A DNA stretch of 64,000 bases from Acidimicrobiales bacterium (GCA_965116965.1 OZ220743.1:303262-367261); one strand, 5' to 3'; positions 51,370 through 61,912 are shown, numbered from the stretch's first letter. A program made the numbers and translations. The notes: generated by a model not told the origin, from the letters alone.

Positions 51370-53681
51370 GTTCCTCGATCGACGACCCGATGGTGGACGA
51401 TTCCACGACTGACCCGCCCGACGCAGAGGCGGTGGACACTGCTGCACCGCCTCCCGACGAACCGGTGGCCGCTGACTCCGACGGGTCGTCGATCACAGAT
51501 GTGAGCGCCGACGACGAGATGAGACCTTCGCTCGGGCTCTGGTCCCGCATCTCCACCAAGCTCTACGCGGGCATCGGCGGAGCAGTGGCCCTGACGCTGG
51601 CCGCCAGTCTGGTCGGATGGTTCTCCTTCAACCGTGTCGGCGACGTCCAGAGGCGGGTCAATGAGGGAAGCGTTCCCGAACTGGCTGCCGCCTTCGGCGT
51701 CGCGCAGTACGGCGGGATCCTGGCCAACGCGGCTCCCAGCCTGGCCGCCGCGGCCACGCAGCTGGAGCTCTTCCAGCAGAGCCAGCAGATCGAGGAGACC
51801 GTGCTGACGTTCGAGGAGGAAATGGCGGACCTGGAACAGAGCGACAGTGACCCCACCAGCGTGGCCCGCATCCGCGAGAGCGCCGACACGCTGATCGCCA
51901 ACATCTCCGAGATCGGGACCGAAGTCTCCGAGAGGTTCCAGATCAGCGAGCAACGGGCGGTGCAGCAGGCGGAACTGGTGGATCTGAGGGCTCAGGTCAG
52001 CCAAGTACTGGTGCCCGCCCTCGACGACCAACTCTTCTACACCCTCACCGGCCACTCCGAGCTTGATGCGTCCCCGGTTCCCCGATCCGAGCACTTCTCG
52101 GAGGACGAGGTCATCCGCTACCGGCGCCTGGCCGAGCTCGAGGCCGACGCCAACATCACCTCCGACCTGCTGGCCAGCGCCTTCGCTTTGGACGACGAGA
52201 GCCTGCTGGAGCCGCTGCGGGAGCGCTTCGAGGCGGCCGCCGGCCGGATCGACCGGAACCTGCTGACGTTGCAGGGAACGCAGTTCCATGCCGACGCGGC
52301 CCCGATCTTCGCCCGCCTGCGGGAACTCGGACTCGGCGATGAGAACTCGTTCGACCTGGCAGCCAGCGAGTTCACGATCATCGAGCACCACCAGGAGCTC
52401 CTGGACCAGAACAGCCAACTCGCGCTCACGCTGGTCAGCGAGGTCGACAGCCTGGTGCGCACATCCCAGGATCGGGCCGCGGAGGCCACCACCGCGTCGG
52501 AGCAGGCCATTACCACCGCTCGCACGCTGCTGCTGGCCATCAGCGCGTTCAGCATCGTGGGCGCCCTGTTCATCATCTGGTTCTTCGTCGGGAAGTCGCT
52601 GGTGCAACGCATCGCCCTGCTGTCGGACTGGATGAGGCGCATGGCCGGCGGCGACCTCGAGGCCACCGCCCCGATCAGCGGCCGGGACGAGGTCGCCGAC
52701 ATGGCCGCCACCTTGGAGGTCTTCCGGCGCCACGCCCTCGAGGTCCAGCGCCTCAACCTGGTCGAGCAGCTCGCCTCGGAGCTTCAGGGCAAGAACGAGC
52801 AGCTGGAAGGGGTCTTGGCCGAACTTCAGAAGGCTCAGGACCAGATCGTCACGCGGGAGAAGCTGGCCGCTCTGGGCGAGCTCACCGCAGGCGTCGCCCA
52901 TGAGATCAAGAACCCCTTGAATTTCGTGAAGAACTTCGCCGAGGCCTCCGAGGAGCTCATCGACGAGCTCAAGGAATTGCTGGAGGACATCGGTGACAAC
53001 ATCAGCGACGACAACAAGGACTACGTCAACGAGATAGCGAGCGATCTGACCGGCAACATCGAACGCATCCGCTCCCACGGCGAACGGGCCGACCGCATCG
53101 TGCGCGACATGCTGATGATGGGACGCGACTCCGGCGAGTGGCAGCTGACCGACATCAACGGCCTGCTGGAGCAGCACGCCCAGCTGTCGTTCCACAGCGC
53201 CCGGGCGCTGGACTCCGACTTCCAGCTCGACATCCAGCAGGACTTGGACCCGGATGTGGGCTCGCTCAAGGTGATCGCCCAGGACCTGGGGCGGGTGTTC
53301 CTGAACATGGTGACCAACGCGGGCCACGCCACCAACGACCGCCACCGCGCCGAGATCGCGGCCGGCAACGCCGGCTTCCAGCCGACGCTGTGGCTGAAGA
53401 CGACGCGGTCCAACGATCACGTCGAGGTCCGCATCCGTGACAACGGCACGGGCATGCCCCCCGATGTGATCGAGAAGATCTTCAACCCCTTCTTCACCAC
53501 CAAGCCGACCAACCAGGGCACCGGCCTCGGCCTGTCCATCTCCAGCGACATCGTTCGCCGTCACGGCGGCAACATCGCAGTCGAGTCCGAGCCCGGCGAG
53601 TACACCGAGATGTGCATCACCCTGCCGGTCGAGGCGCCCCTGGAGGCCGAGCAGACCGGCGCTGGCGACTCCTGGCTCTGA
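51366..53681 (+). CDS. sensor histidine kinase (large extracytoplasmic domain, HAMP, HisKA, HATPase)
   Basis: ATGA overlap with the SBP gene. Two TM segments flank an ectodomain of about 330 aa. H-box [12 protein letters not shown] and G-boxes DNGTGM / GTGLGLSIS. Confidence 0.9.
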   Translation: MSSSIDDPMVDDSTTDPPDAEAVDTAAPPPDEPVAADSDGSSITDVSADDEMRPSLGLWSRISTKLYAGIGGAVALTLAASLVGWFSFNRVGDVQRRVNEGSVPELAAAFGVAQYGGILANAAPSLAAAATQLELFQQSQQIEETVLTFEEEMADLEQSDSDPTSVARIRESADTLIANISEIGTEVSERFQISEQRAVQQAELVDLRAQVSQVLVPALDDQLFYTLTGHSELDASPVPRSEHFSEDEVIRYRRLAELEADANITSDLLASAFALDDESLLEPLRERFEAAAGRIDRNLLTLQGTQFHADAAPIFARLRELGLGDENSFDLAASEFTIIEHHQELLDQNSQLALTLVSEVDSLVRTSQDRAAEATTASEQAITTARTLLLAISAFSIVGALFIIWFFVGKSLVQRIALLSDWMRRMAGGDLEATAPISGRDEVADMAATLEVFRRHALEVQRLNLVEQLASELQGKNEQLEGVLAELQKAQDQIVTREKLAALGELTAGVAHEIKNPLNFVKNFAEASEELIDELKELLEDIGDNISDDNKDYVNEIASDLTGNIERIRSHGERADRIVRDMLMMGRDSGEWQLTDINGLLEQHAQLSFHSARALDSDFQLDIQQDLDPDVGSLKVIAQDLGRVFLNMVTNAGHATNDRHRAEIAAGNAGFQPTLWLKTTRSNDHVEVRIRDNGTGMPPDVIEKIFNPFFTTKPTNQGTGLGLSISSDIVRRHGGNIAVESEPGEYTEMCITLPVEAPLEAEQTGAGDSWL

Positions 53682-53714
53682 ACGCTTACCGCCAGCCCGC
53701 TTACCGCCGGCCCC

Positions 53715-55022
53715 CTACCACCAGCGGGACTCCTCGGCGTACACGTGGTCGGGCAGCTTGTAGTCGATGTCGAGCTCTTTCAGGGCTGACACATCCAGGA
53801 GCGTGTTGAACGCGGCGAAGTTCGACTCCCGGGTCAGTCTCGGGAGCCGCCTCCTAAGGAACCGGTGGTAGTGCCGCTGCATGCGGAACCACGGCAGCAC
53901 GCCGAAGATGCGGTTGGGCGGGTACTGCAGCTGGTCGGCCATCGGATTGCCGATCATGGCCCGAGACACCAGGAAGACGTACTTGGCCAGTTTGCGGCGA
54001 GCATCCGGATCGGTGATCCCCGCCACCAGGGGGGCGGAGTTGACCAGCGAGTTGGCCAACACGACGGACTCCGCGCCGGGGTCGGGCTCGCACAACCCGC
54101 CGATCCTGAAGAGTTCCAAGGCGTCGTCGTAGTCGCGGTACAGGATCGTCTCGGGGATCCCCATCAGATAGCCGGAGTACCGCCAGACCGCCATGAAGCC
54201 GTCGCGCTCGCTGTCGTCGTAGGAGGCGCCGAGGCTCTTCATGTGCTGGAGCATCCTCGCGGAGAAGGCGGTGAGTGCATAGCCGACCTGCGCCGCGCTG
54301 AGCGGCGTGCCTCCTGCGCCGGCGTCCCATTCATCGGAACCGTTGAACAGCTGCCTGACCTTGGCGTGCACCAGCCGGATCCGCACCGACAGCCTCCAGC
54401 CGTCGCCGCGAGTCTCCAAACCCCCCGGCAGCAGTATCTCGATCATGTGGCGGTTGTTCTGCCGCAGCCGCCTCACGCCCTGATCGCGCAGCCGTCCGGT
54501 GATGAAGAACGACTTGGCGATGGTGGTCGAGAACCCCTCGACCAGCACGCCCCCCAGCATGGCGGCCAAGCACGCCGACGAGTCCCGGTGGAAGGCTCGG
54601 ATACCCCCGGTGAAGTCGTCGTAGTCGACCCAGTCCGGGACGGTCTCCAACTCCTCGACGAACGTGTGCAGCGCGGCCGGGGCGTCCTTTAGCGACGGGT
54701 CGTCGGGATCCTCGATGGCCGCCCGTATGAACCGGTCTGCTTCCCGCAACGGAACCTCGGCGAGTTGCACCATCATCTCGTCGCACACCGGATCCCCGAT
54801 CATCGTGTGGACGATGTAGTTCCTGGCCCTCTCCGGGTCGGCAGCCCGGGCTCGTTCATACGACGCGACGTAGTCAGAGGGTATTGTCAGTGATTCAGGA
54901 CACTCAGAAGAGTCGGTGCTGGGCTTGGCCTCCCGATCATCCTGTCCCATCGAGGACGCGCCTTTCTGGTAATTGCCCCAGCCCAACCCCGGCAATCGTA
55001 ACCGCTGCATGCCGGACGGCAC
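53715..55022 (-). CDS. DUF2236 / MpaB-type oxygenase family protein
   Basis: Family-like pattern around WRLSVRIRLVHAKVRQL and the C-terminal helical region. An alternative ATG at 54950 (MGQDD...) has an AGAAAGG RBS. Confidence 0.6.
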   Translation of the reverse strand: MPSGMQRLRLPGLGWGNYQKGASSMGQDDREAKPSTDSSECPESLTIPSDYVASYERARAADPERARNYIVHTMIGDPVCDEMMVQLAEVPLREADRFIRAAIEDPDDPSLKDAPAALHTFVEELETVPDWVDYDDFTGGIRAFHRDSSACLAAMLGGVLVEGFSTTIAKSFFITGRLRDQGVRRLRQNNRHMIEILLPGGLETRGDGWRLSVRIRLVHAKVRQLFNGSDEWDAGAGGTPLSAAQVGYALTAFSARMLQHMKSLGASYDDSERDGFMAVWRYSGYLMGIPETILYRDYDDALELFRIGGLCEPDPGAESVVLANSLVNSAPLVAGITDPDARRKLAKYVFLVSRAMIGNPMADQLQYPPNRIFGVLPWFRMQRHYHRFLRRRLPRLTRESNFAAFNTLLDVSALKELDIDYKLPDHVYAEESRWW

Positions 55023-55040
55023 GCAGCGGAGCCGGCGAAC

Positions 55041-56381
55041 TCAGCTCCAAGGGTAGGGCGAGTTGCTGACCGGATGCAGTCTGCCCTCGGCGTAGCGCGA
55101 CCACCGGAAGGGCTCCAGCAGCCCCTGGGGCTCGCCCAGCAGTTCGGAGGCCACCAGCGTGCCGACGCCGATCATCTTGTAGCCGTGGTTCGAGTCGGCG
55201 ATGAAGTAGACGTTGTCGCGGAACGTGTCGAACACCGGGAAGTTGTCGGGCGAGAAGCTGCCGATGCCGCCGGAGGGCTCGGTGCTCATGAGATGCGACT
55301 TGCCCTCGAAGCGCTTCTGGCAGTGGGCCAGCGCCGCGGTCCATGTGCGGTAGAAGTCCTCGCCCACGATGAAGTCGGGGGAGTCGGGTCCGTAGGGGTC
55401 GACGGCCACCTCGTCCGCCGGCTTGTCCACGACGTAGGGCATGTAGCCGCCCTGCACGCCGCCGAAGCTGAAGTCGGGCTTGTAGTAGACTCCCCACGGG
55501 CCCTCGGTGACCAGCCCGTCGGCGTCGTAGAGCGGGACGTCGGTGTCGATGTGGACTACGGGCGGCATGTTGCCGTCGTTGTCGGTGAGGTAGCCGGGAT
55601 CGACGGCGAGGGTGCCCTCCTGCAGGCACATGTACGTCCAGGTGGGCCGGCGATGGAGCCGGCCGTCGCTGCCGAGCACGTCGACGCTGAACGGCAGATC
55701 GAGCATGGCCCATATCTGCTGCACCCACGGACCCACCGCCACCACCACCTGCTCACAGGCGACGGGACCCTGGTCGGTCAGCACGGCGGTGACCGCTCCT
55801 GAGGCGTCGCGGTCGAAGCCGTTCACGGTGACGCCGCCCGCGACGGCAACCCCCTGGGCCTCGGCCTTGCCGAGCAGCCCCTTGAGCGACGCCATGTTGT
55901 TGGCATAGCCGCCGCGGTGCTCGTGCAGCACGCTGGTGACGCCCCGGGCCTGCCAGTCGTCGAAGATCCCCCGCATGTAGCGAGCCGACTCCTCGGCGCC
56001 CTCGATGAACGTCGACGAGTAGCCGATGGCCTTCTGCTGCTCGTGGATCGAGGCCACGTCGGACCGCATGGCCTCGTGGCTTATCTGCAGGTAGCCCACC
56101 GGATGGTAGGAGAAGGCCTCCGGATCGCTCTCCCAGACGTCGACGCAATGAGCCATGAGCTCGCGCATGGCCGGCTGGAAGTAGTTGTTGCGCACGACGC
56201 CGCAGGCGATGCCCGACGCGCCGGCGCCGACGCCAGTCTTGTCGATGACGACCACATCGTCGCCCGACCCGCGGCCGGACGACTTCAGGTCACGGGCCAG
56301 GCTCCAGGCGGTCGACAGACCGTGTATGCCGGCGCCGATGATCACATAGCGCGCCGCGCTGGGGAGTCCCATGGCTGCCAA
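55041..56381 (-). CDS. FAD-dependent oxidoreductase, sarcosine-oxidase beta-subunit-like (candidate N-methylglutamate dehydrogenase component)
   Basis: YVIIGAGIHGLSTAWSLA motif and a C-terminal DSNHGYKMIGVG...RWSRYAEGRL, typical of SoxB-like proteins. 446 aa. Confidence 0.8.
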   Translation of the reverse strand: MAAMGLPSAARYVIIGAGIHGLSTAWSLARDLKSSGRGSGDDVVVIDKTGVGAGASGIACGVVRNNYFQPAMRELMAHCVDVWESDPEAFSYHPVGYLQISHEAMRSDVASIHEQQKAIGYSSTFIEGAEESARYMRGIFDDWQARGVTSVLHEHRGGYANNMASLKGLLGKAEAQGVAVAGGVTVNGFDRDASGAVTAVLTDQGPVACEQVVVAVGPWVQQIWAMLDLPFSVDVLGSDGRLHRRPTWTYMCLQEGTLAVDPGYLTDNDGNMPPVVHIDTDVPLYDADGLVTEGPWGVYYKPDFSFGGVQGGYMPYVVDKPADEVAVDPYGPDSPDFIVGEDFYRTWTAALAHCQKRFEGKSHLMSTEPSGGIGSFSPDNFPVFDTFRDNVYFIADSNHGYKMIGVGTLVASELLGEPQGLLEPFRWSRYAEGRLHPVSNSPYPWS

Positions 56382-56402
56382 CCCTCCTTCTGCTCAACCC
56401 CT

Positions 56403-56858
56403 CTAGTGGCCGGCGGGGGCGGTCCAACCCTCGAGCACCGGCTGCTTCCAGTCGGTGCCCACAATCTTCGAGTCTTCGACCCATGGGCCCAACTCGACCT
56501 GCGGAAACTTGCAATGGACGTCCTTGAGGGTGATGCCGTAGGAGTTGCCCTCGGTGAGGTGCTTGATGAGCACCTTGCGGGCGATCTCGTCCTCGCGCCC
56601 GGTGGGGATGTCGAAGTAGATCTTGAGGAACGAGTTCGAGTAGCGGTCGAACACCGCGGGAACCCCGTCCTCCTCCAGCAGCGTGACGTCCTCGAGCCAG
56701 TTGATGTCCTGACCTGGGGTCGCTGCCAGCAGGTCGATGTCCTCCACCAGGGACATGTCCTCCTGGTATCCGAAGCGCTTCCCTGCCAGGACCTCTGCAT
56801 CGATGGCCACCGTGCGGGTCTCGCGCGGGCTCTCGCCCGTGCTCGCCGATCCAGCCAT
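56403..56858 (-). CDS. hypothetical protein (151 aa), family not recognised
   Basis: Coding-like ORF placed between the mgsC-like and soxB-like genes with 36-nt and 21-nt gaps. No Cys cluster, no TM segment. Confidence 0.6.
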   Translation of the reverse strand: MAGSASTGESPRETRTVAIDAEVLAGKRFGYQEDMSLVEDIDLLAATPGQDINWLEDVTLLEEDGVPAVFDRYSNSFLKIYFDIPTGREDEIARKVLIKHLTEGNSYGITLKDVHCKFPQVELGPWVEDSKIVGTDWKQPVLEGWTAPAGH

Positions 56859-56894
56859 TCTCAGGTCCTCTCTATTCTTCCGTATCCAGCCATG

Positions 56895-58289
56895 TCACAT
56901 TCCTGCGTCGATCACGTGCTTGTCGAACAGGTCCCGGATCTCGGCGAGCGTGCGCTCCTCGGTGACGCCGGGTATGTAGTTGGTGCCGGCCAGGGGCACC
57001 TTGGCCATGGCCGCGGCCTCGTGGGTGAGGGCGGCCAGGTCCTCGGGCTCCAGCGAGTGGACGTCGGTCTTGCCGCAGGCCCGGGCCAGCATCTGCACTT
57101 CCATGGTCAGGGTGATCAGGAAGTTGTAGACCCGCAGGGCGGCCTCGTCGACGTCGAGACGCTTGCGCAACTCGACGTCCTGGGTGGCCACGCCGACCGG
57201 GCAGCGACCCGTGTGGCAGTGGTAGCACTCACCCGCGGGGACGCCGATAGTGCCCTCGTAGTCGGTCACGCCGGGAATCTCTTTGTTGCAGTTGAGCGCC
57301 ATCAGCGCAGCGGTGCCCAGCGCGACCGCGTTGGCCCCCAGGGCCAGGCACTTGGCCACGTCGCCGCCGTTGCGGATGCCGCCCGCCACCACCAGGTCGA
57401 TGTCGTCGGCCAGACCCACGTCCTCGAGGGCCCGGCGGGCCTCGGGGATGGCCGCCATCAGCGGGATGCCGGTCTCTTCGGTGGCGAGGTGGGGGCCCGC
57501 GCCCGTGCCGCCCTCAGCGCCGTCCAGATAGATCACGTCGGGGCCGCACTTGGCCGCCATGCGCACGTCGTCGTAGACCCGGGCCGAGCCCAGCTTCAGC
57601 TGGATCGGGATCTGGTAGTCGGTGGCCTCCCGCACCTCCTGGATCTTCAGCGACAGGTCGTCGGGTCCGAGCCAGTCGGGGTGCCGGGCCGGGGAGCGCT
57701 GGTCGATGCCGGCTGGCAGCGACCTCATCTCGGCCACCTGCTCGGTCACCTTCTGGCCCATGAGGTGGCCGCCGAGGCCGACCTTGCAGCCTTGGCCGAT
57801 GAAGAACTCCACCGCGTCGGCCAGCATCAGATGGTGCGGGTTGAAGCCGTAGCGGCTCTGGATGATCTGGTAGTACCACTTGGTGGACAGGTCGCGCTCC
57901 GGCGGGATCATGCCGCCCTCGCCCGAGCAGGTGGCCGTGCCGGCCATGGAGGCGCCCTTGGCCAGGGCCATCTTGGCCTCCAGTGACAGCGCGCCGAAGC
58001 TCATGCCGGTGATGTACACCGGGACGTCGAGCTCCAGGGGCTTGGCCGCGAAGCGCGAGCCGATCACCGTCTTGGTCTCGCACTTCTCGCGGTAGCCCTC
58101 GATCACGAACCGGGTGAGCGTGCCCGGCAGGAACACCAGCTCGTCCCAGTGGGGGATCTTCTTGAAGATCGAGAAGCCCCGCATCCGGTAGCGGCCCAGC
58201 TCGGACTTCACATGGATGTCGTTGATGACCTCCGGAGTGAAGATCCGGCTCTTGCCGAGGACGTCGGTGCTCTTGTTGACTTCAGCCAT
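56895..58289 (-). CDS. mgsC: glutamate-synthase FMN-domain protein (N-methylglutamate synthase subunit C-like)
   Basis: GMSFGALS, GEGG and DGAEGGTGA motifs of the GltB FMN domain. Confidence 0.82.
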   Translation of the reverse strand: MAEVNKSTDVLGKSRIFTPEVINDIHVKSELGRYRMRGFSIFKKIPHWDELVFLPGTLTRFVIEGYREKCETKTVIGSRFAAKPLELDVPVYITGMSFGALSLEAKMALAKGASMAGTATCSGEGGMIPPERDLSTKWYYQIIQSRYGFNPHHLMLADAVEFFIGQGCKVGLGGHLMGQKVTEQVAEMRSLPAGIDQRSPARHPDWLGPDDLSLKIQEVREATDYQIPIQLKLGSARVYDDVRMAAKCGPDVIYLDGAEGGTGAGPHLATEETGIPLMAAIPEARRALEDVGLADDIDLVVAGGIRNGGDVAKCLALGANAVALGTAALMALNCNKEIPGVTDYEGTIGVPAGECYHCHTGRCPVGVATQDVELRKRLDVDEAALRVYNFLITLTMEVQMLARACGKTDVHSLEPEDLAALTHEAAAMAKVPLAGTNYIPGVTEERTLAEIRDLFDKHVIDAGM

Positions 58290-58301
58290 GTTCCCGTCCC
58301 C

Positions 58302-59096
58302 TCAATGGATCACGAGCTTGCGCTCGGAGGGCTCCAGCGCGTCGTAGTTGTGGAGCTGCTTGCCGCACACGAACTTCTGGAACTCGGGCGGGTTCCCGAG
58401 CCCGTGGATGCGGAACTTTCGCTCGATCAGCTCGGCGTCGGCGTCGTCCCACTCGCCGGGCACGCAGTCCACGCCCAGGGAGCGCACCTTGCCGGCCACG
58501 TAGATGGCGCCGTCGTACATCGAGTCGCCCAGGTTCATGCCAGCGTTGCCGCAGATGATCTGGCGGCCCCGCTGCATCATGAAGCCGGTGTTGATGCCGA
58601 CGTCGCCCGTGACGATGATGGTGCCGCCCTTCTGGTCGATGCCGGTGCGGGCCCCGACGTCGCCCTTGACGATGAGGTCACCGCCGCGGATGGCCGCTCC
58701 GGTGAGCGACCCCGCGCTGCGTTCAATGGTCACCACGCCAGACATCATGTTCTCGGCCACCGACCAACCCACCCGGCCGTTGATGGTCACCTCGGGACCG
58801 TCGATGAGCCCGCAGGCGAACCAGCCGGGGCTACCCTCGAAGTGGATCCGGCAGCGCTTGAGGATGCCCACTGCCAGCGAGTGCTTGGACGACGGGTTGA
58901 GCACAGTCACGTCGGTGACGCCGTCGTTGTAGATGAGCTTGCGCAGCGCCATGTTGATCTGCCGGATGGTCAGATCGGCCGCGTCGAAGCGGGCCCGGCC
59001 CCCATCGACCTCGATGTTGGTGGGCATGTCGGCATGGGGTTCGACCAGCCCCCGGGCGTCGTAGCTGACGCCGCTGCGCGAACCTGAACCTGGCAT
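58302..59096 (-). CDS. mgsB: GXGXG-motif protein (GltB C-terminal domain; N-methylglutamate synthase subunit B-like)
   Basis: Repeated beta-helix GXGXG pattern (GDVGARTG, GDVGINTG, GNAGMNLG). An alternative ATG gives MPTNIEV. Confidence 0.82.
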   Translation of the reverse strand: MPGSGSRSGVSYDARGLVEPHADMPTNIEVDGGRARFDAADLTIRQINMALRKLIYNDGVTDVTVLNPSSKHSLAVGILKRCRIHFEGSPGWFACGLIDGPEVTINGRVGWSVAENMMSGVVTIERSAGSLTGAAIRGGDLIVKGDVGARTGIDQKGGTIIVTGDVGINTGFMMQRGRQIICGNAGMNLGDSMYDGAIYVAGKVRSLGVDCVPGEWDDADAELIERKFRIHGLGNPPEFQKFVCGKQLHNYDALEPSERKLVIH

Positions 59097-59220
59097 TAGA
59101 CCTCTCCTCTCTTGTCGGGACGCGAGAAGGATCCCCGTACCAAACCGGTCCCTTCGGCGCTCGCGAGAGTGCCGGCCGTGGAGCGCGCCGCGACCTCTCC
59201 TCCCCGTCTGCAGTCCGAGA

Positions 59221-60150
59221 TCAGACCTGCCATACCAGCACCTCCCGCTCGTAGGGGTCGCGGGTCTCGACCTCGCGCTTGACCAGGGCCCGGATGGCGA
59301 CCTCCTCGGTGGCCACCGCCACCAGGGGATCGGACTCGAACAGCACCAGCGGCTTGGCCGCCATCTCGTCCTTGGCGACGCCGAGTTCGTTACCGGTCAC
59401 GCACACGTACGTGAACACGCCGTCGAGGTCGTCGAGGCTGTGCTTCATGGCCGTCTCCAGCGACAGGCCCCGGGCCATGTACTCCGCCAGATAGACCGCG
59501 ATGATCTCGGAGTCGCACTCGCTCTGGAAGCGGTGGCCGTGCTGCTCCAGCCGCCTGCGCCACTGGTGGTAGTTGGTGAGCTGGCCGTTGTGGACCACGG
59601 CCACATCCGCGAACGGGTAGGCCCAGTAGGGGTGGGCGCTGGCCAGGTCGACCTCGGACTCGGTGGCCATGCGCACGTGGCCGATGCCGTGGGTACCCCG
59701 GAACGAGCCCAACTTGTACTGCCTGCTGACCGTCTGGGCGTCGCCGAGATCCTTGATGATCTCCAGCGAACTGCCCAGCGACAGCACCTCGCACCCGGGC
59801 ACGTCCTCCAGGTAGTCGGCCAGAGCCTTGAGGTCGCCTCCATATCGGATGGTGGCCCGGAAGGCGTAACCGGTGTCGCTGCTGACCGTGGCCACCTCGG
59901 CGCCGATCTTGGCCAGGCGCGACTCGACCTCGGCCCGGTTGCGCTCCAGGCGCTCCTCCATGCCGAAGCCGGTGCTCTTGTTGGGCTCGGCCAGCACGAA
60001 CCGGATCACGACGAGGTCGTCGGCCGGCCCGTAGACGGCGTAGCCGGTGGAGTCGGGCCCGCGATGCTTCATCGACTGGAGCATGGCCGTGAGCTCCGCG
60101 CCGATGTCGGCTGTGCCGTCGCGGTGGATCACCCCTGCGATGCCACACAT
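59221..60150 (-). CDS. mgsA: class II (Ntn) glutamine amidotransferase (N-methylglutamate synthase subunit A-like)
   Basis: N-terminal MCGIAGV nucleophile Cys, and HVRMATES. Confidence 0.82.
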   Translation of the reverse strand: MCGIAGVIHRDGTADIGAELTAMLQSMKHRGPDSTGYAVYGPADDLVVIRFVLAEPNKSTGFGMEERLERNRAEVESRLAKIGAEVATVSSDTGYAFRATIRYGGDLKALADYLEDVPGCEVLSLGSSLEIIKDLGDAQTVSRQYKLGSFRGTHGIGHVRMATESEVDLASAHPYWAYPFADVAVVHNGQLTNYHQWRRRLEQHGHRFQSECDSEIIAVYLAEYMARGLSLETAMKHSLDDLDGVFTYVCVTGNELGVAKDEMAAKPLVLFESDPLVAVATEEVAIRALVKREVETRDPYEREVLVWQV

Positions 60151-60308
60151 GGTGCTACTCCTTTGTTCTAGGAGACTGTTGAGTAATGCGATTTTGGAGC
60201 AGCATGCAAGCCTCTGACCTGGGGTTTTGCAATTGAGATTTGCGCGATTTGGGAGTTGCTCATCACTCTCCTAGGCGTCTTGAGTTCTGTCGGCTGGTCC
60301 TTTGGCCG

Positions 60309-61709
60309 CTACGGGAGGACGTCCAGGTACTCCTCCACGTCCCAGTCCGTCACGGTGGCCAGGAACCGCTCCCATTCGTCTTCCTTGTAGTGGAAGAACA
60401 CCTTGCTCATCTCGCCCGGCAGGGCCCGCATGACAACGTCGTCGTTGCGCAGGTCCTCGAGGGCCTCACCCAGGGTGAGCGGGATCTTCTTGACGTCCTT
60501 GCCGGCCTCCATGGCCTCGTAGATGTTGCGCTCCTCAGGCTCGCCCGGGTCGAGGCCGCGGTCCAGGCCGTCGTCCATGGCCTGCAACAGGCCCGCGAAC
60601 GACAGGTGGGGATTGACCGCGCTGTCCACCGAGCGGTACTCGAAGCGGCCCGGGGCGCTGACGCGCAGGGCGGTGGTGCGGTTCTGGAAGCCCCAGTCCG
60701 CGAACACCGGCGCCCAGAAGCCCGTGTCCCACAGCCGGCGGTAGGAGTTGACCGTCGGCGAGGTGAGGCAGGTCAGCGCCCGCACATGCTCGAGGATCCC
60801 GCCGATGGCCTTCATGCCGACGGGCCCGGGCAGTTGCGGGTTGTCGCCCTCAGGCATGAATTTGTTGTTGCCGTCGGCGTCCCACAGGGAGATGTTGTGG
60901 TGGCAGCCGTTGGCCGACACCCCCATGAACGGCTTGGGCATGAAGCACGGGAAGGCCCCGAGCTCCCGGCCGACCTGCTTGCAGACCTGGCGGTAGGTGG
61001 TGAGCCGGTCGGCGGTGAGCTCGGCCCGGTCGAAGTTGAAGTTCAGCTCGAGCTGGCCGGGGGCGTCCTCGTGGTCGCCCTGGATCATGTCGAGGCCCAT
61101 GGCCTCGCAGTACTCGATCACCCTGTGGATCAGGGGCTGCAGCTCGGCGAACTGGTCGATGTGGTAGCAGTTGGGCTTGGTCATGCCCTCGACGGTCGGC
61201 TTGCCGTCGGCGTCGGCCTTGAGCCACATCATCTCGGGCTCGCAGCCGGCCCGCAGGTGCAGCCCGTGCTTGGCCTCGAACGCGGCGTGCTGGCGCTTGA
61301 GGTTGCCCCGGCAATCAGAGGTCAGGTAGGCGCCGCCGTCCACCTCCTCCTCGCGGCCCCGGAACAAGGTGCACCACACCCGGGCCGTCCTGGAGTCCCA
61401 GGGCAGGGGCATGAAGGTCTCGGGCTCGCCGATGCCGACCAGCTCGCGGGCTTCGGGGCCGTAGCCGATGTAGTTCCCGTGGCGGTCGATGAAGAGGTTG
61501 GCGGTGGAGCCGTACACCAGCTGGAAGCCCTTGCGGGCGATCATGCCGAAGTGCTTGGCCGGGATGCCCTTGCCCATGATCCGTCCCGTCACCGAGACGA
61601 ACTGGCAGTACAGGTACCGGATGTCGTCGGCTTCGATGCGGGCCTCCACCTCTCGGATCTGCTCCTCGCGTCCGTCGGCGTTGACGAACATCTCAAGATC
61701 AGTGGCCAT
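60309..61709 (-). CDS. gmaS: glutamine-synthetase-family protein, gamma-glutamylmethylamide synthetase-like
   Basis: ATG at 61709 with a GGGGGA RBS. GS catalytic-domain motifs GCEPEMMW, HEDAPGQLELNF, KPF..VSANGCHHNISLW and NSYRRL. Confidence 0.8.
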   Translation of the reverse strand: MATDLEMFVNADGREEQIREVEARIEADDIRYLYCQFVSVTGRIMGKGIPAKHFGMIARKGFQLVYGSTANLFIDRHGNYIGYGPEARELVGIGEPETFMPLPWDSRTARVWCTLFRGREEEVDGGAYLTSDCRGNLKRQHAAFEAKHGLHLRAGCEPEMMWLKADADGKPTVEGMTKPNCYHIDQFAELQPLIHRVIEYCEAMGLDMIQGDHEDAPGQLELNFNFDRAELTADRLTTYRQVCKQVGRELGAFPCFMPKPFMGVSANGCHHNISLWDADGNNKFMPEGDNPQLPGPVGMKAIGGILEHVRALTCLTSPTVNSYRRLWDTGFWAPVFADWGFQNRTTALRVSAPGRFEYRSVDSAVNPHLSFAGLLQAMDDGLDRGLDPGEPEERNIYEAMEAGKDVKKIPLTLGEALEDLRNDDVVMRALPGEMSKVFFHYKEDEWERFLATVTDWDVEEYLDVLP

Positions 61710-61912
61710 TTTTCCCCCTACGGGTGTGGTTGTCGTGCGGCGAAACCGTAGCGCTCGGTGCGCGGCTCTTGCCAACGTGCCTCACGCCTGGTGCAACCCT
61801 ACCACTTCGCGCGCTTCAATGCCTAATCTGAGTAGAGACAGTTTCCCCATAGTAGAGCCGCCGGTGGGCCTACATCGGTCCGCACCCGGACCGATCCGTA
61901 GAGTTGTCCGCC

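Noticed and set aside
53683-53712. Direct repeat cgcttaccgcc x2 between the convergent histidine kinase and DUF2236 genes.
   Set aside because: It is very short (11 bp), seen only once, sits in a convergent terminator region, and forms no convincing hairpin or other known motif.
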